Below, in pieces: positions 14,860-27,063 of a stretch of 64,000 nucleotides of DNA. The position numbers and the translations under genes were made by a program. This stretch comes from Paraphysomonas bandaiensis. Its lineage: Eukaryota > Protista > Chrysophyceae. The notes beneath the pieces are model-generated. The model saw only the letters and a program-made list of their open reading frames with translations, had not been told where the DNA came from and made no database searches. How positions within the stretch are numbered: position 1 is the stretch's first letter; the number at the start of each line of letters is the position of its first letter. The stretch is from NCBI GenBank assembly GCA_965644295.1, contig CBFFRP010000014.1, positions 9,227-73,226 on the forward strand, given 5' to 3'.

Positions 14860-17800
14860 CTACAGTGCTCGCAGGTAGTGTGGACAAGAGGAAGCCGTAA
14901 GCAAGAGAGCCTCCAACACATCAAACCACTTGTTCCGATCGCCAGTGGTGGAGAATTCAATCGTGATTTCATCATCGGAATGGCCGTCAACGGTGCTCAC
15001 ATACAGGCTACGCTCCTCGCTGGCAGCTGCTTTTTTGCCTGGCATCACTCATCAGTCATTGACGCTACTATGCAGTTCCCAAAACAAAGGAGATAGTCAT
15101 CTATTACCTCCAACAAGTGTCTTCTTGTAGTGACCGGGACCATATCCTTTAGAAACGGATTTCAGATTGCGTAATGGAACTTTTCGTCCCGGCTTGCTGA
15201 CTTTATTAGATGTGTCCTTCAGGATAATGTACTCACAATCTGTTGTCAAAAACATGTGCTTGGAACTCGGCGTGCCCTTTACGAAATCGGTGAGCATCTG
15301 TCCTGCACGCAATAAAGTACGATGTTGGGAAGTGAGGGGGTCAGGCATCGAGGTGTCATATTTGGAAGTCTTGACCTAAGTTAGCGTCACAAACACATAC
15401 ACTCAATACTTGAGTACATTAGGAAGCGCACCTCTTCCTTCTTCATGGCAGCCTCCACATCAACCACATCATTAAGACGAGCAAACAAAGTCCCTTTGTT
15501 GGTCTTTGTTCCCTCTCTCCCCTTGGCTCGTGCGCGAGCACTCATGCTTAACAAGGCGGAGTTAATTGCCTCATGTATCTCATTGTGGCTCTCAGGATAC
15601 ATCTTCTGAACTTTCTCAATGGCAGCTTTGCCACCTGCTCACTTGTATTAATACAATTGAGGTCAACCAACAACACATCACACCTTTCTCGATAACTATA
15701 TTCGCGTATTCTACATCTGCAGACACCACGTTATCCAGCGTCTTTATGGCGGATATCATCAACTCCTCATCATCTCCGAATACTTGCATGGTATCCAATA
15801 TGATTCGTACTCCGCCATACTGGACAATGTTCTTCAGATTGCTTTTAATAAACGCCAGCTGTCCCAGTAAAGAAAATATTCTCGCAACAACTGCAGTGTT
15901 CTCAATGAATGTAGTCACCAACTCCATAAGTTTATGGCAGCCGCGTTCAGCAATAGTCTGAAAATACCGACATTACTTAATTTTGGTATACTCAGAATAG
16001 TAACCTGTGAGAGCGCGTCTGATGTGCTCAGGACAGACATAATTGAAATACAAAGCGTGACTATTGCTTCGTTCTCAGAATACATAGCCAAAACTGTAAA
16101 GACCGTGTTGACACCCCCATTATTGTCCAAAAGCTCTCTGTTCTCCTTGACGGAAAAGGCATTCAACAGAATCTATTAACAGAAGATGGAACTCACTTAG
16201 GTTACTATATACTCTCCACAACTCACCTGCAAGACACTTGCGACCTGCTCTTCGTTGGAAATATTCGCTTCCATAATTTGGAGGAGAAGTACCAGCCTAT
16301 CTCCACTCTCGCCGCACACTTCCACCTGGCCCACCCCGAAGCTTGTGATCACAATCAACATCTGGAATACTGAGGCAGTCAGAGAGACGTCGTCGTCAAA
16401 ACGCGAGAGGGCACTGAATGAACAATCAATAATTCCTGTGCGCACGATATATGGCGCAGATTCTGCATCCACTGCATTATATATAGCATCAACGCCGGTG
16501 CTGATGATTTCCGGTTTGTCGTCGTGCTGCTTGACTACTGAGACCATGAAGTCAACAGCTCCTTCATGAATAAGTATCTCGATGGGAGTCATGTATTCTT
16601 CACTCTCATTTTCTTCCGGCTATTAACTATGAATTACAACGTATATAATAGAAATCAGTCTAAATTTACCTCTAGACTCGCAAGGTTCGAGAACAGTTCT
16701 AACCCAAGCTTCAATATAAGTGGAGTCTTCACATGTGTCATAAGTACAGAAACCACACATTTTGCGACACCTTTATGAATCATCACATTCACGCAATTAT
16801 CGTCCAGTGAAAACGCCCCTAAAAGGCGTAACACTCTGTTGAGGAAGAGTGTTTCCATGGAGAACGTCTGCAAAATACCGAGAAGGCTCACAACGCACAT
16901 CGAGCATATGGTGTGGTTTAAAAACGCGTCCTCGTGTACGATTACGCTCCCCACAAGGTTGAGAATGGTGTAAAACAGAATGACGGGATTGGACTTTGTT
17001 GACGCTACGATTTGATCGGATTGTGAACTATGCTTTCGGACCTTTGCCGCTGTTGCCTTTGTGAGTTTCTCAAGCTCTTCAGATGTCACATTACTCAGAT
17101 GCTTGTCTGTAGCAAGAACGACAATGTCATGCAAGCCATATTGAAGGCATACAGTGGCTGTTGCTGGGGACGACTTTGCAAGAGTAGACAGCGTGCTGAA
17201 TCCCTTGATCAGAACCGATATATGATGGGCGTGTGCACGGCATGTTTCACATAAAACACGGATGTATTCCTCTCCTGTTTAAGTTGTATGTATAATATGA
17301 ACAGCATATGATAGATAGCCTTTATGCCATACCTGTAAGGAAAGCTTGAAACCGTTCAATGGAACACAGTGCCTCAGTCATCTCAAGGGCCCTCTCCAGA
17401 GTACTAATATCCACAGATGACGAAGAAAACTGAAACTAGGGATACATGGTAAAACAACTGGCAACTAAGCACATTTTTCTGTACCTGTAGAGATGATATT
17501 AATGATTGACAATACTCTGAACTGAGGCTCTGCAATATAGTCTGCGAACTCTTCACCGACTACAACCATAAAAACATGAATTGTCAAAATATCTAAAAAA
17601 CTGAAAGAGAGGGGCAGCATTGAAACACAACACACTACACCAAACACAAGTCATAACGTTTCGCACCAGTGCGTATATAAATTTCATAAGCTGACTGATG
17701 ATTAAATTATCAGAAGCATGACTGTGAAGAAGACCATATATAACATCAATGACTTCCTGACTGACTGAAACATCCGTCAAATTATTCTCAAGTCTAAATA

Positions 17801-20800
17801 AAATTCATTAAAAAAAATCAAAATAAGCTATCTCGAAGAACTACCTGTCAACAAGGACAACAATATCCTCCAATTCCACCCGGAGGGCTTTGTATTCCAT
17901 AGGCTCCTCCCACTGAGTGTTGCCATCGGCAGCGTTGTAATAGTAGGGTTGGCTATCTTCGGTAAAAACCTATATAACACAACTGTTACAAAACCATTTA
18001 CAATACTTCACTGTCCACCTGCATCCAAAGACCGTTCGCAGCGACAATAGGTATAAGAGCTGCTAAGTGCCCCTCTAGTTGAGACTCCGGTCCAATGGCA
18101 AACGCGTTGGTAAGGTCATCGCTTATAGACTGGGCCACGTTTTGGAGATATTCATTGCTTGCATACCGCAGCATCAGATCCTTCATCAAACGAATAGTGT
18201 CCTTTGGCAAGCGTAGCTCAGCAATACCAATAGAGTCCGCAAAAACTCGAAGCAGATAGACAGCATTCTGAGCAAATCCCTCGTCTTCTTGCCCCGGCCC
18301 TTTCAGAGCTGAAAGTATCTGTTTGACTACCCCATACTCCACTAAGGTCTGCATTGTTCCCTCCAGCTCGTGTGAGGCGACCTTTGTGATTATGGTAGAT
18401 GCAAACACAGATGTACTGCTGTCACAAAGCGCATCTTGTGTGAACTGGAGCAGTTCAATCGAAGATACAATGGCAAATGACCCCTCTGGAGTGTTGGCTA
18501 AACAGTCCAGCAGCTCAAGAGGACAATGCGGTAGTAGCTTCGTAGTCGCGGCAACTATGGCATTAATATGTGAGGAGCCGTTGAAAGAAGTGACCTCGCC
18601 TGCATTGATAGCCTGACAGAGCATTTCACATATGGTGCTGCTAATAGTAGCTGTGATGTGTGCAGATCGCGGGGTGCTCCGAGTAGGCGTGTAGAGCTCG
18701 GCCAACACACTAAGTAAATAAGGATATCCGAAGGAAGCTTCTAAAATTAGCAACTCCAGTGTGTTCTTCCAGTACATTGGACCAGGAGTCTGTGCATTCT
18801 GACTGCAGAGAATATCACACAATTCACCGACACCATTATTCTCAAGCGATGATAGAAGAGAAAGGTTCTGGAGTAACTTCTGGATAAGCGAGTCCACAGT
18901 GGAGTTTTGCTCAGCCGTAAAGACGGCAGCAGTCACTGTACTCGTGGATTTGCCAATACTTCCACGTCTACTGTTAGTGGAAGAAAGCAACGCCGCACCA
19001 GGCGTCAGCTGTTGCAGCACATTCAGTAGCCCCATTTGTAGAGAATACGGGCCACCGTTAGAAGTGTTTTCGACAAGACCGCGAACAATTCTTAGAATCG
19101 CTACCTTGGTGTCGGGCTGAATCTGATAGGCATCACAGTCACGTAACATCGCCATTGCGAACTCAAGGGTGCGGTGTATGGCGTCCTCGGAGGGAACGAA
19201 CCATTCTAAAGAGAGTAACTTACCCACACAAGTTACACAGGTATGTAGTGCCTCATCTCGCTCTGATTGTACTCCCTCCACAGGAAGCATCAACGCCGCA
19301 CAGGCGCTGAGGAGTGTGTTCAAGAGGTTCTCTGCAACCTCTAAAGTCAATGCATTTTCAAATAGCATCAAGTTTCCAATGAGCTGTACGTATTGTGACA
19401 ATTGCGGAATGACGTCGGGCGAATAGCCAGCGACCAATGCAACCACCTGAATTCGCGAAAAATTTACAAAGTCATGCTGCAGAATAAGCTCCACTTAATT
19501 ACCTGTTCAATGAAAGATGACAAGCTTGAGAGCGCACCCTCCATGCCCAATGCACCAACTGCGGAGGCAAGTTTTTTCTGCAGGGGCATGTCAGTTGGAT
19601 GATAGTTCATCGTGCGAAGAAGATAATCCTGCGTCCCCAATCCCTGGAGATAGTTGCACGTAGACTCATTCTTCCCGGCGAGAATACACATCATGTCAGC
19701 AAGTGCGTGAGTTGGACGAGAGAACTTCAAATACGTATCATCATGAGAAGGCATAAGATGGTCAATCTTCGATATCTCTCCTCCATCAATTAGGAGACTG
19801 CAATAGTCATCCGAGTGATTCCCTTGTAAAAGCGAGACTACAACATCGATTGTACTTGCCAGCAGGTCAGGGTAGAGTCCTTGCTTTGAACCACTGAAAC
19901 TTCTAGAAAGCCCACAAAGTGCCTCGATCACTTCTGACAGTGCGCGAAGGATGGCATGATTGACTCCATCTCCAGATACCATCTTCGATAGAGATAATAG
20001 AACCGCTACTGCAGACCGAATGGATGCCACGTTGTCACCTCCAATCTCAGCACTCATCAGGGACTCTGAGATGTGATCGCACACCAAGCTGGTAGCATTG
20101 CTTTCCACGATGGCATGCAGGCCGGTTGGGTCCAAAGCCAGTGCGGCCAGACAATTAAATGCAGCTGCCAGTACATCAGTCGGGTAGTTTCCTGAGTGAC
20201 AAACTTCTAAGGCGGCAGCAGTCGCCCCCCCACGAGCGAGAGCCTCCAGCACAGAAGGATGAAGAAGTGAAAGTGTGCGGATAGTATTGAACACTGAGGC
20301 AGTGGGATTATTTTGAGCAGCCTGTACCAGAAGAGGGACTGTAGCAATCGTTGCATTGATATCTGCATTACCAAGCGCCGCCCTTCCGAGTGCTTCTATA
20401 CAGAAATTAACAAACTCGTCTCTGGCTCTCGATATAAGAACACTCTCACAAACATTGCTGTTAGTTGAAGGCGAGAACCCCACCAAGCAGTTTTGAATTA
20501 TGGTCACTCCTCCAATTTCTTCAACTTGCTTCACGATATCTTCTCCACAAAGCATCAGCAGACCCAATCGCTGTATATCCAGAGACGCCTTTTCAACAAT
20601 TTCTACAGACGAATCCTTTAAAGAAAAGAATTTAGAGTCACCCACTTTCTTCATCAACTTATTTAAAGTATCTGTAACATCGGACTTCTGTAGAACTATC
20701 TTGATTGTACTTAGACAGAGCTGTTGAACATCTTCTGAAGAACGGAAGCACTCTAACGCATCAAAAAGACACGCAACACACCCCTGCCGTCGAAGTATTT

Positions 20801-23386
20801 CACATCCCTCTGGTATGGTCGCTAGGCGGTGTAGCACAGATACCAAAGACATCACGCATTCCGCCGTGGGGATATCATCAACAAGGTTTTCTTTGACACA
20901 ATGGATAACCATCTTGCTCGCGTTATGGTGGCATATAGCCAATGCGATGTCGTCATCTGCCATACTCAAGTTGAGGAATATGCTAACTACCGCCTCCAAG
21001 ATGCTGCGCTCCGTGGCATTAACCCGCACTATCGCACTGACTGCTGACAGCACATCGCAATCGACGGAGATTTGTTTATTCTCCTGCAGAGCCGTGATTG
21101 CAGATAACAGGCGCAATGCACTGATGACAACAGGGGTTACTTTCGAGTGACGTTGCAGCGCCAAAACACAGGCTTCGATGGTCGAACGCACGTTTATATG
21201 TGCTAGTACATCACCATACGCAATCATTTCCTCCAGTGCAGCACACAGTGTGCGCAACGCCTCGGCATGGTTCTTATCGCTTACAGACACATTCGCCATT
21301 GTACTCAGGAGAATAATAATTGGTGCTATACCTCCAGACGTGGCAATTCGGCCCAAGTTATCGGGAACCATGGAAAGAGCACCTATAGTCATAGCGATAT
21401 TAGGAATTTTTTGCATTATCTCTGGAGTGAAATCGCTAGTAGGAATCGCGGCGTACTCTGACAACTGAGCTACCACCAAGGAAATGAGTTCATCATTACT
21501 CAATTGGATAATTAGTTCCGCCGCTACTTTGCGAATATCCTCCTGCCTAATGTTATTACTAATTGCAGACATAATAATATCCAGTCCCATTCCATCATGG
21601 GCGGAGAGTACGCGACTCATGGCGCCATTGCTAAGAAGCAGAGTAGAGAGCAAGTACAGCGACTCCTTCAAAACGGGCAGATTGTCACTGAAACTGCGAA
21701 TGATGCCAATCACATACTCCACGAGGTCCCTTCCGATAAATGCCTGTTACAAATACTTATTTACTTCAACTACTTCTACTCCTTTCAATAGACATTACCT
21801 GAAGCATATCATCATTTGTGGCTAGATCAGAGAATATCTTCAGTGCTGCCAGGTGAAGTTTTTCATGATGTGGATGAGCATTAATTGCGCCTAACATTGA
21901 GTCTATATCTGTGGCCTGCATGTACTGTTCCAGCACCCCTCCGTGTCCACACAGAGACTCTAGGAAATTCATAGCACTCCAACATAGCGGAAGGTTATCA
22001 GGGTCCGTAGAGAGTACACTGAGGGTAGGCTGGATAGCGTTGGCTGTGCACACTAACAGCACGTTGTCAGGGACAGTTGTGATACGAGTTAGGGCTTGCA
22101 GAGCGTTGGACTTTATTTCCAGGGACGATTTATGAGTGGAGGGATCTATCGTGGACACCTGGGTTGGTTGAGTAATGGCCCCAACAAGGGCAGTGATTGC
22201 ACCATCGTTGACAAGCTCGCGAATGCTCTGGGTATTACTCGACGCAATCCGGAGAAGAGTACGGGTGGAAGTCTCGAGCTGGCGTGCAGACATCTTGGCC
22301 TCGCAACTTTGCACAAGAACCTTTACACCACCACTACGCACAATGTCTACACATAGCAATATCGCGGACAGTTAGTGATGTGATTCACCAACTATGCAAA
22401 ATGAAGTACCTGTGGATGACGATGAATCCATAGAAAGGGATGACAGCAGTCCTAGCATGTGCTCTTGCATCTCCATCGACAGTGAGCTCTGATTCTTTAA
22501 ACTTGTGATTACATTATCAATAGAATCGCTCCCGCATAGAGTGGAAAGTAACTTAGAGCAGATTTTGCAGAGCTGGGCATCTTGGCAATGTTCAATGATA
22601 GCCAAGCACAACTCCATTCCTCCTGCTGTTTTAATCACATCAATGTAACTCTTATCCTTGGAGCACAGACGGGAGAAAAGCATGCAGCCCGCTTGAAGTG
22701 CCGCCAACTCGGGAGCTTCCGCGTGAAGGGGATTCTGCACAAGACTTTTCATCGTCTCTATCGTAGGCCCGATACCACCGCCCTGGACGAAATCATCAAC
22801 ACCTTTCTGAACTTTGGTCAATTTCGTCAGTGCTTTCAAACAGCCGATTTTCACATCCGTTTTCTGGCTGCTTCCAACATTTAATAGGCTAATCAGCGAT
22901 GCGACAGCGTTACGCGACACAAGGGTTTGAAGGGCCTTGCTGTGATTGCAGAGAGTGTCGAGAATGGACAAGGCCACAGTCAAGACATCATCAGAAATGT
23001 CTGGGTTTGCTTCCAGTGACGCCAATATAGCTTCAACACATCCTTCTTCAGCAATTACCTCCGCATTTGCAGTGTCAGCAGCAAGCTTATGCAAGCAATC
23101 GCAGCACACAAGTAGCACATCCTCCTTGCCTGGGTGACGCTTGAGCACATCGACGACTACCTTACCAGCACCACAAGAATGAGCGACCACTAAGTTCTTC
23201 TTATAGTCTCTGTTGATGGGGTCGATAACCTGCATGGATCACCATTAGCGAATAAGAGCATCTCAAGTTATGGATGAGGCGGGGATTCACCTTACTCAGA
23301 CACTCGATCGAGTAGCACGCAAGCTGTCGGAATTTCTGGTGCTCTTTCACCGCTGCGATCAACGCGGGCACCTCGTTCTTTGACAT
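14860..23386 (-). CDS. GAC: Glideosome-associated connector (GAC)-like giant armadillo-repeat protein with internal WW and C-terminal PH domain; multi-exon, about 2500-2600 aa
   Basis: Introns checked in frame: 23230-23290, 22347-22409, 21744-21798, 19447-19502, 17970-18018 and 17794-17844, with more downstream. N-terminus is MSKNEVPALIAAVKEHQKFRQLACYSIECLSKVIDP; a late ARM repeat reads AIKTLDNVVSADVEYANIV; the PH domain reads LLRAGQMLT...HMFLTTDC...DRNKWFDVL. These match Toxoplasma GAC as recalled from memory, as do size and architecture. Confidence 0.8.
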
Positions 23387-23936
23387 TGCAACGGGGAAAT
23401 ACGATAGATTCTATAGCGAGCAATGTGTTGGTGCGGATTTGTTGGATTGAAATTCGAGAAGAAAAGTGTGTGTAGCTAATTGTTGTGCAGGGCGCTGTAT
23501 TTTAGATAGATTGCAGTGGAATTGTATGTATGTACTGTATGTATGTATGTATATGCTGCACTAGAGACGTACACATAGAGGGTGTATATCCCCGTACAAA
23601 GTATATGAGAACATACAGCTGTACGCAGACCCGTGTACATATATACACGTAGCATAGTATCATGGTATGGTGGGGTGTATTTGTACCATATCTTTGTGAT
23701 CATTTTTTCTGTGAATACACTGTACTCTGGGAATACTGCAGTAGGCATACAGCAGCAGCAGAGAGCAGTTGAGCAGGCAGTTTCTTCATTGAGGTGTGCT
23801 GTGTGCATGTATACATCTACCAACATCTAGACATGAAGAGATGGGCATGAGAATGCTGTTTGCATCATAGTTTACAGTAGAATGAACTATAAAAGTTTCG
23901 TTTTACATTCCTAGTATATGAATTGGGCGTAGCGCA

Positions 23937-25441
23937 ATGTACTTCCAGCGCATAAGAGATCGGCCGGCTCCCATTCAACCGGTGAGCGAGCCCTACGCCC
24001 CTGAGCCCGGTGCACTCATTAAAAAGAGGGTCGCTCCGGATCCACAGGATCAGTTATTGGATTGGGATGGGGATGAGACCCCAAATGCAGGAGATGTTCC
24101 AATGCATCCCTTTCACACTACTGTAAAACGAGTCGAACACAGAGAGATGTCGTCAGAGAAGAAGCTGCGGCTAGAGCACTCGCCCTGCATTGAAGAGATG
24201 CTCAAAATGAGGGTCCATTTTTTAAAGGAGAAAGTATGTGTGCTGCTTGATTAAATATGTATTTTATAACTCTATCCGCTGTGTATGTAGGAAAGAGAGG
24301 AACGCAGGGAGATTGAGAAGGAGAAGCGTCGCCAGGAACAACGTGAGCAGATGCAGAAACTGGAGGAAGCTATTGAGAGTGGTAACCTGGATGACTTGGA
24401 TCTAGATCTGGGCGAAGAGCCTGATGGTGACGTTCCAGTTCCTCTTGATGAGGACGATGCAGACACGGAGGAGTTCAAACGAGTTGCGCTCTTTATGAAA
24501 GAAAAGAAAATTGTTACCCAGAGGCAGAGTGCGTTGCTGCATCGCCCTCTCAGTGATTGGCGTATATTTCGTATATCATGGAAGGTGTGGTATAACAATG
24601 GACGGTCATTCGTACCCTGCGCAGCTGTACTCCCTTGGATGTATGTGGGAAGAGGTTCTCTTGCCAAGGACATACATTTCTTGCAGAACATGGGCTTCAC
24701 GCACATCATGAACTGCTCTAAGGAGGTGGGAAGTAGAAGTGTCTTACTATTTTTAGGTAACGTTGATACGTTCTATAGATTCCGAATTTTCACAGCAGCA
24801 AGTTCATCTACCAACGGATTCCAATTGATGACAAAAACTCAGAAAATGCTGCCGCGAGGTTCAACAAGGCGATCGAATTCATCAAGCGCGTTTCTCATGC
24901 CAAAGGCAAGGTGCGTCAAGTCGGTTCAAATTCTGTTTGCTTCTCTTGCCATCTGACAAATATTATGGATAGATCTACATTCATTGCACGGTCGGTGTAT
25001 CCCGTGCACCAGTTATGGCGATGGCGTTCTTCATCGCGATCAGAAAAATAGCACTGCTCGACATATATAAATACTTCCAAGCCGTGCGCACTGTTATACA
25101 ACCTAATAAACACTTTTTGTACCAGTTAGCAGAGTTGGAGGTGGGTTGCATTTGACTTAATTATTGGTGTGTATTTATTTTCGTGGTTATGGGGCGCGCA
25201 GTTAAAGGAGGGTCTCGGGTCGTCTGTGCTCTATCACAAAGACTGGCGCCACTACGAGTACAACAACATAAGGGGGGATGTGGAAGTTTACAGGCGAACA
25301 GAAGGAGTGTACTCGACTGCGAAAAGGATCCACAGTGCTGAGAATGCCAAACTTGATTACGTCGACGACTACGAGGCCGAGTTAGCAAGACGAGCAATGT
25401 GCGAACAAAACTACACTAAGCGTATACATTACACGACGTGA
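23937..25441 (+). CDS. Dual-specificity protein phosphatase
   Basis: Spliced product (introns about 24234-24290, 24726-24778, 24910-24972, 25141-25201) contains PWMYVG, GFTHIMNCS, RIPIDD and the catalytic loop IYIHCTVGVSR (HCxxGxSR). Confidence 0.9.
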
Positions 25442-26865
25442 TGTTTTGTTCAGTCATTCAACAAATATATTGTTGTCTATATATTATGTTGTTCTTTATC
25501 TAGGTTATATTATTGTGTATGTATTTTTCCTTTTTTATATTTTTGCATACACTGCGATATGTCTTTGTAAGTGTTACCGTAAGACTCAGTCAACATTCCT
25601 TCTATCACAACTCTCCCGGTTGCAATGTACGAGTGCTACATACGCGTTTTATATAATTGCATACCACATGTGTTTACTATTATTTAATACCACTGACTAC
25701 ATACAGATTTAGTAGAATGAAAGGATACCTGGATAACAATAACGGCAGCACTATAATATATTTTTCCAACTGGTTATATGATACGGGACGTCTTATGCAC
25801 GCTTAATTTTCCTCCACAATCTTAATCTCATCCTGAATAGGGTATGTCCCTAAAAGAATGATATCTTGGATAGTGGCCCAATTGACGATATACTCTATTA
25901 TACGGATCTTACCATACTTTTGATTCCTCGTACATAATAATAGAAAACAAGAGATTCTATATTATGACCATAATAACAAGAACTACTTAAGTAAAGAATT
26001 CGAAGAGAATGATATGAATGGATGAGATGAATATTCTTTTACGTTCATAAATCTCAGTCTAGTTAATGACGTATACAATTAAGAATGCTTACAATAATAT
26101 TATCCTTTCTTTCATCTGCTCCTGGCATTGCAACGCGAGTAGAATAATGTTCGTTCATTGAACAGCAAATAAAAGATTCACTGAAATATCGGCGTTCTGC
26201 TGTTGATCAACAGCAGCCTTTTCTAACTCATACTACAAGTGATTTGATCTAGATGTAGGTGTACTACGACATATTATGAAGACTACTACACACACGAGTT
26301 GTATGATGGGTCTAGATTTAGGTTAGTCTTGTCCTATTTTTCCGTACACATAGCAATCCTCATCTATTACGCTTATAGACTTCTCTTGTGTAGATACGGA
26401 ACGATCTCTTAAGCTTTATCTGAACAAATTTAAAGTCATTCTCTATAAGCACTCTTCTGTGTTTCCAGCTCTACCACACTTCGGATAGAAACACACCAGA
26501 TTTTGGTCAACGGAATTCATTTCAATCGCCAGAGATGACTATTTGGACTGTTCTTCTGCATAATCACCTCTGCGACATATGTTGTAACTATTTCATTAAA
26601 CGAAGTATTACATTTTGGGTACAAGAAGTTAGCATATATAATATAATGAATGTCTTTTTTTAGCAGTAGTAAGAAGTGTAAGCAGGGAGCTACTAAATTG
26701 AAATAATATAACAAATTCCCAGATATTTTATGCAAGCTATTTAGCTCTACATAAACTATCTGCAAGCATGAAGGTCCAACCATCCTTAAAAGTCGATATG
26801 ATGCCCAAACCTGGTAAAAAGGTAAAAACAAGTGGATAGTAGATACTAAAAAAGTAACATCCGTA

Positions 26866-27063
26866 TTGTGAGGGAGAGCGGGTGTGAAAAAAACTTTTTT
26901 TTCTCTCTTCTTCAATCTTCTTTGATCGCGATTACAAAACTTGCTCACCTACATTAAACAGTACCATAAACCCACAATTACCATGATAAGCACTGCAAAT
27001 CAAGGTGATTTCTTCTACAATGTGTTGAAGCAACCTTCTCTCACATGTTTGTCATTCGCAGCA
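26866..27063 (+). repeat. Left TIR (198 bp)
   Basis: Exact reverse complement of 30143-30340 by base-by-base reading. Confidence 0.95.

Noticed and set aside
25700-26790. AT-rich stretch with a coding-like look
   Set aside because: Stops in all frames and no recognisable motif; possibly a decayed TE but unsupported.
26517-26948. 143-aa minus-strand ORF
   Set aside because: Crosses the TIR/flank junction and has no motif; a chance ORF.
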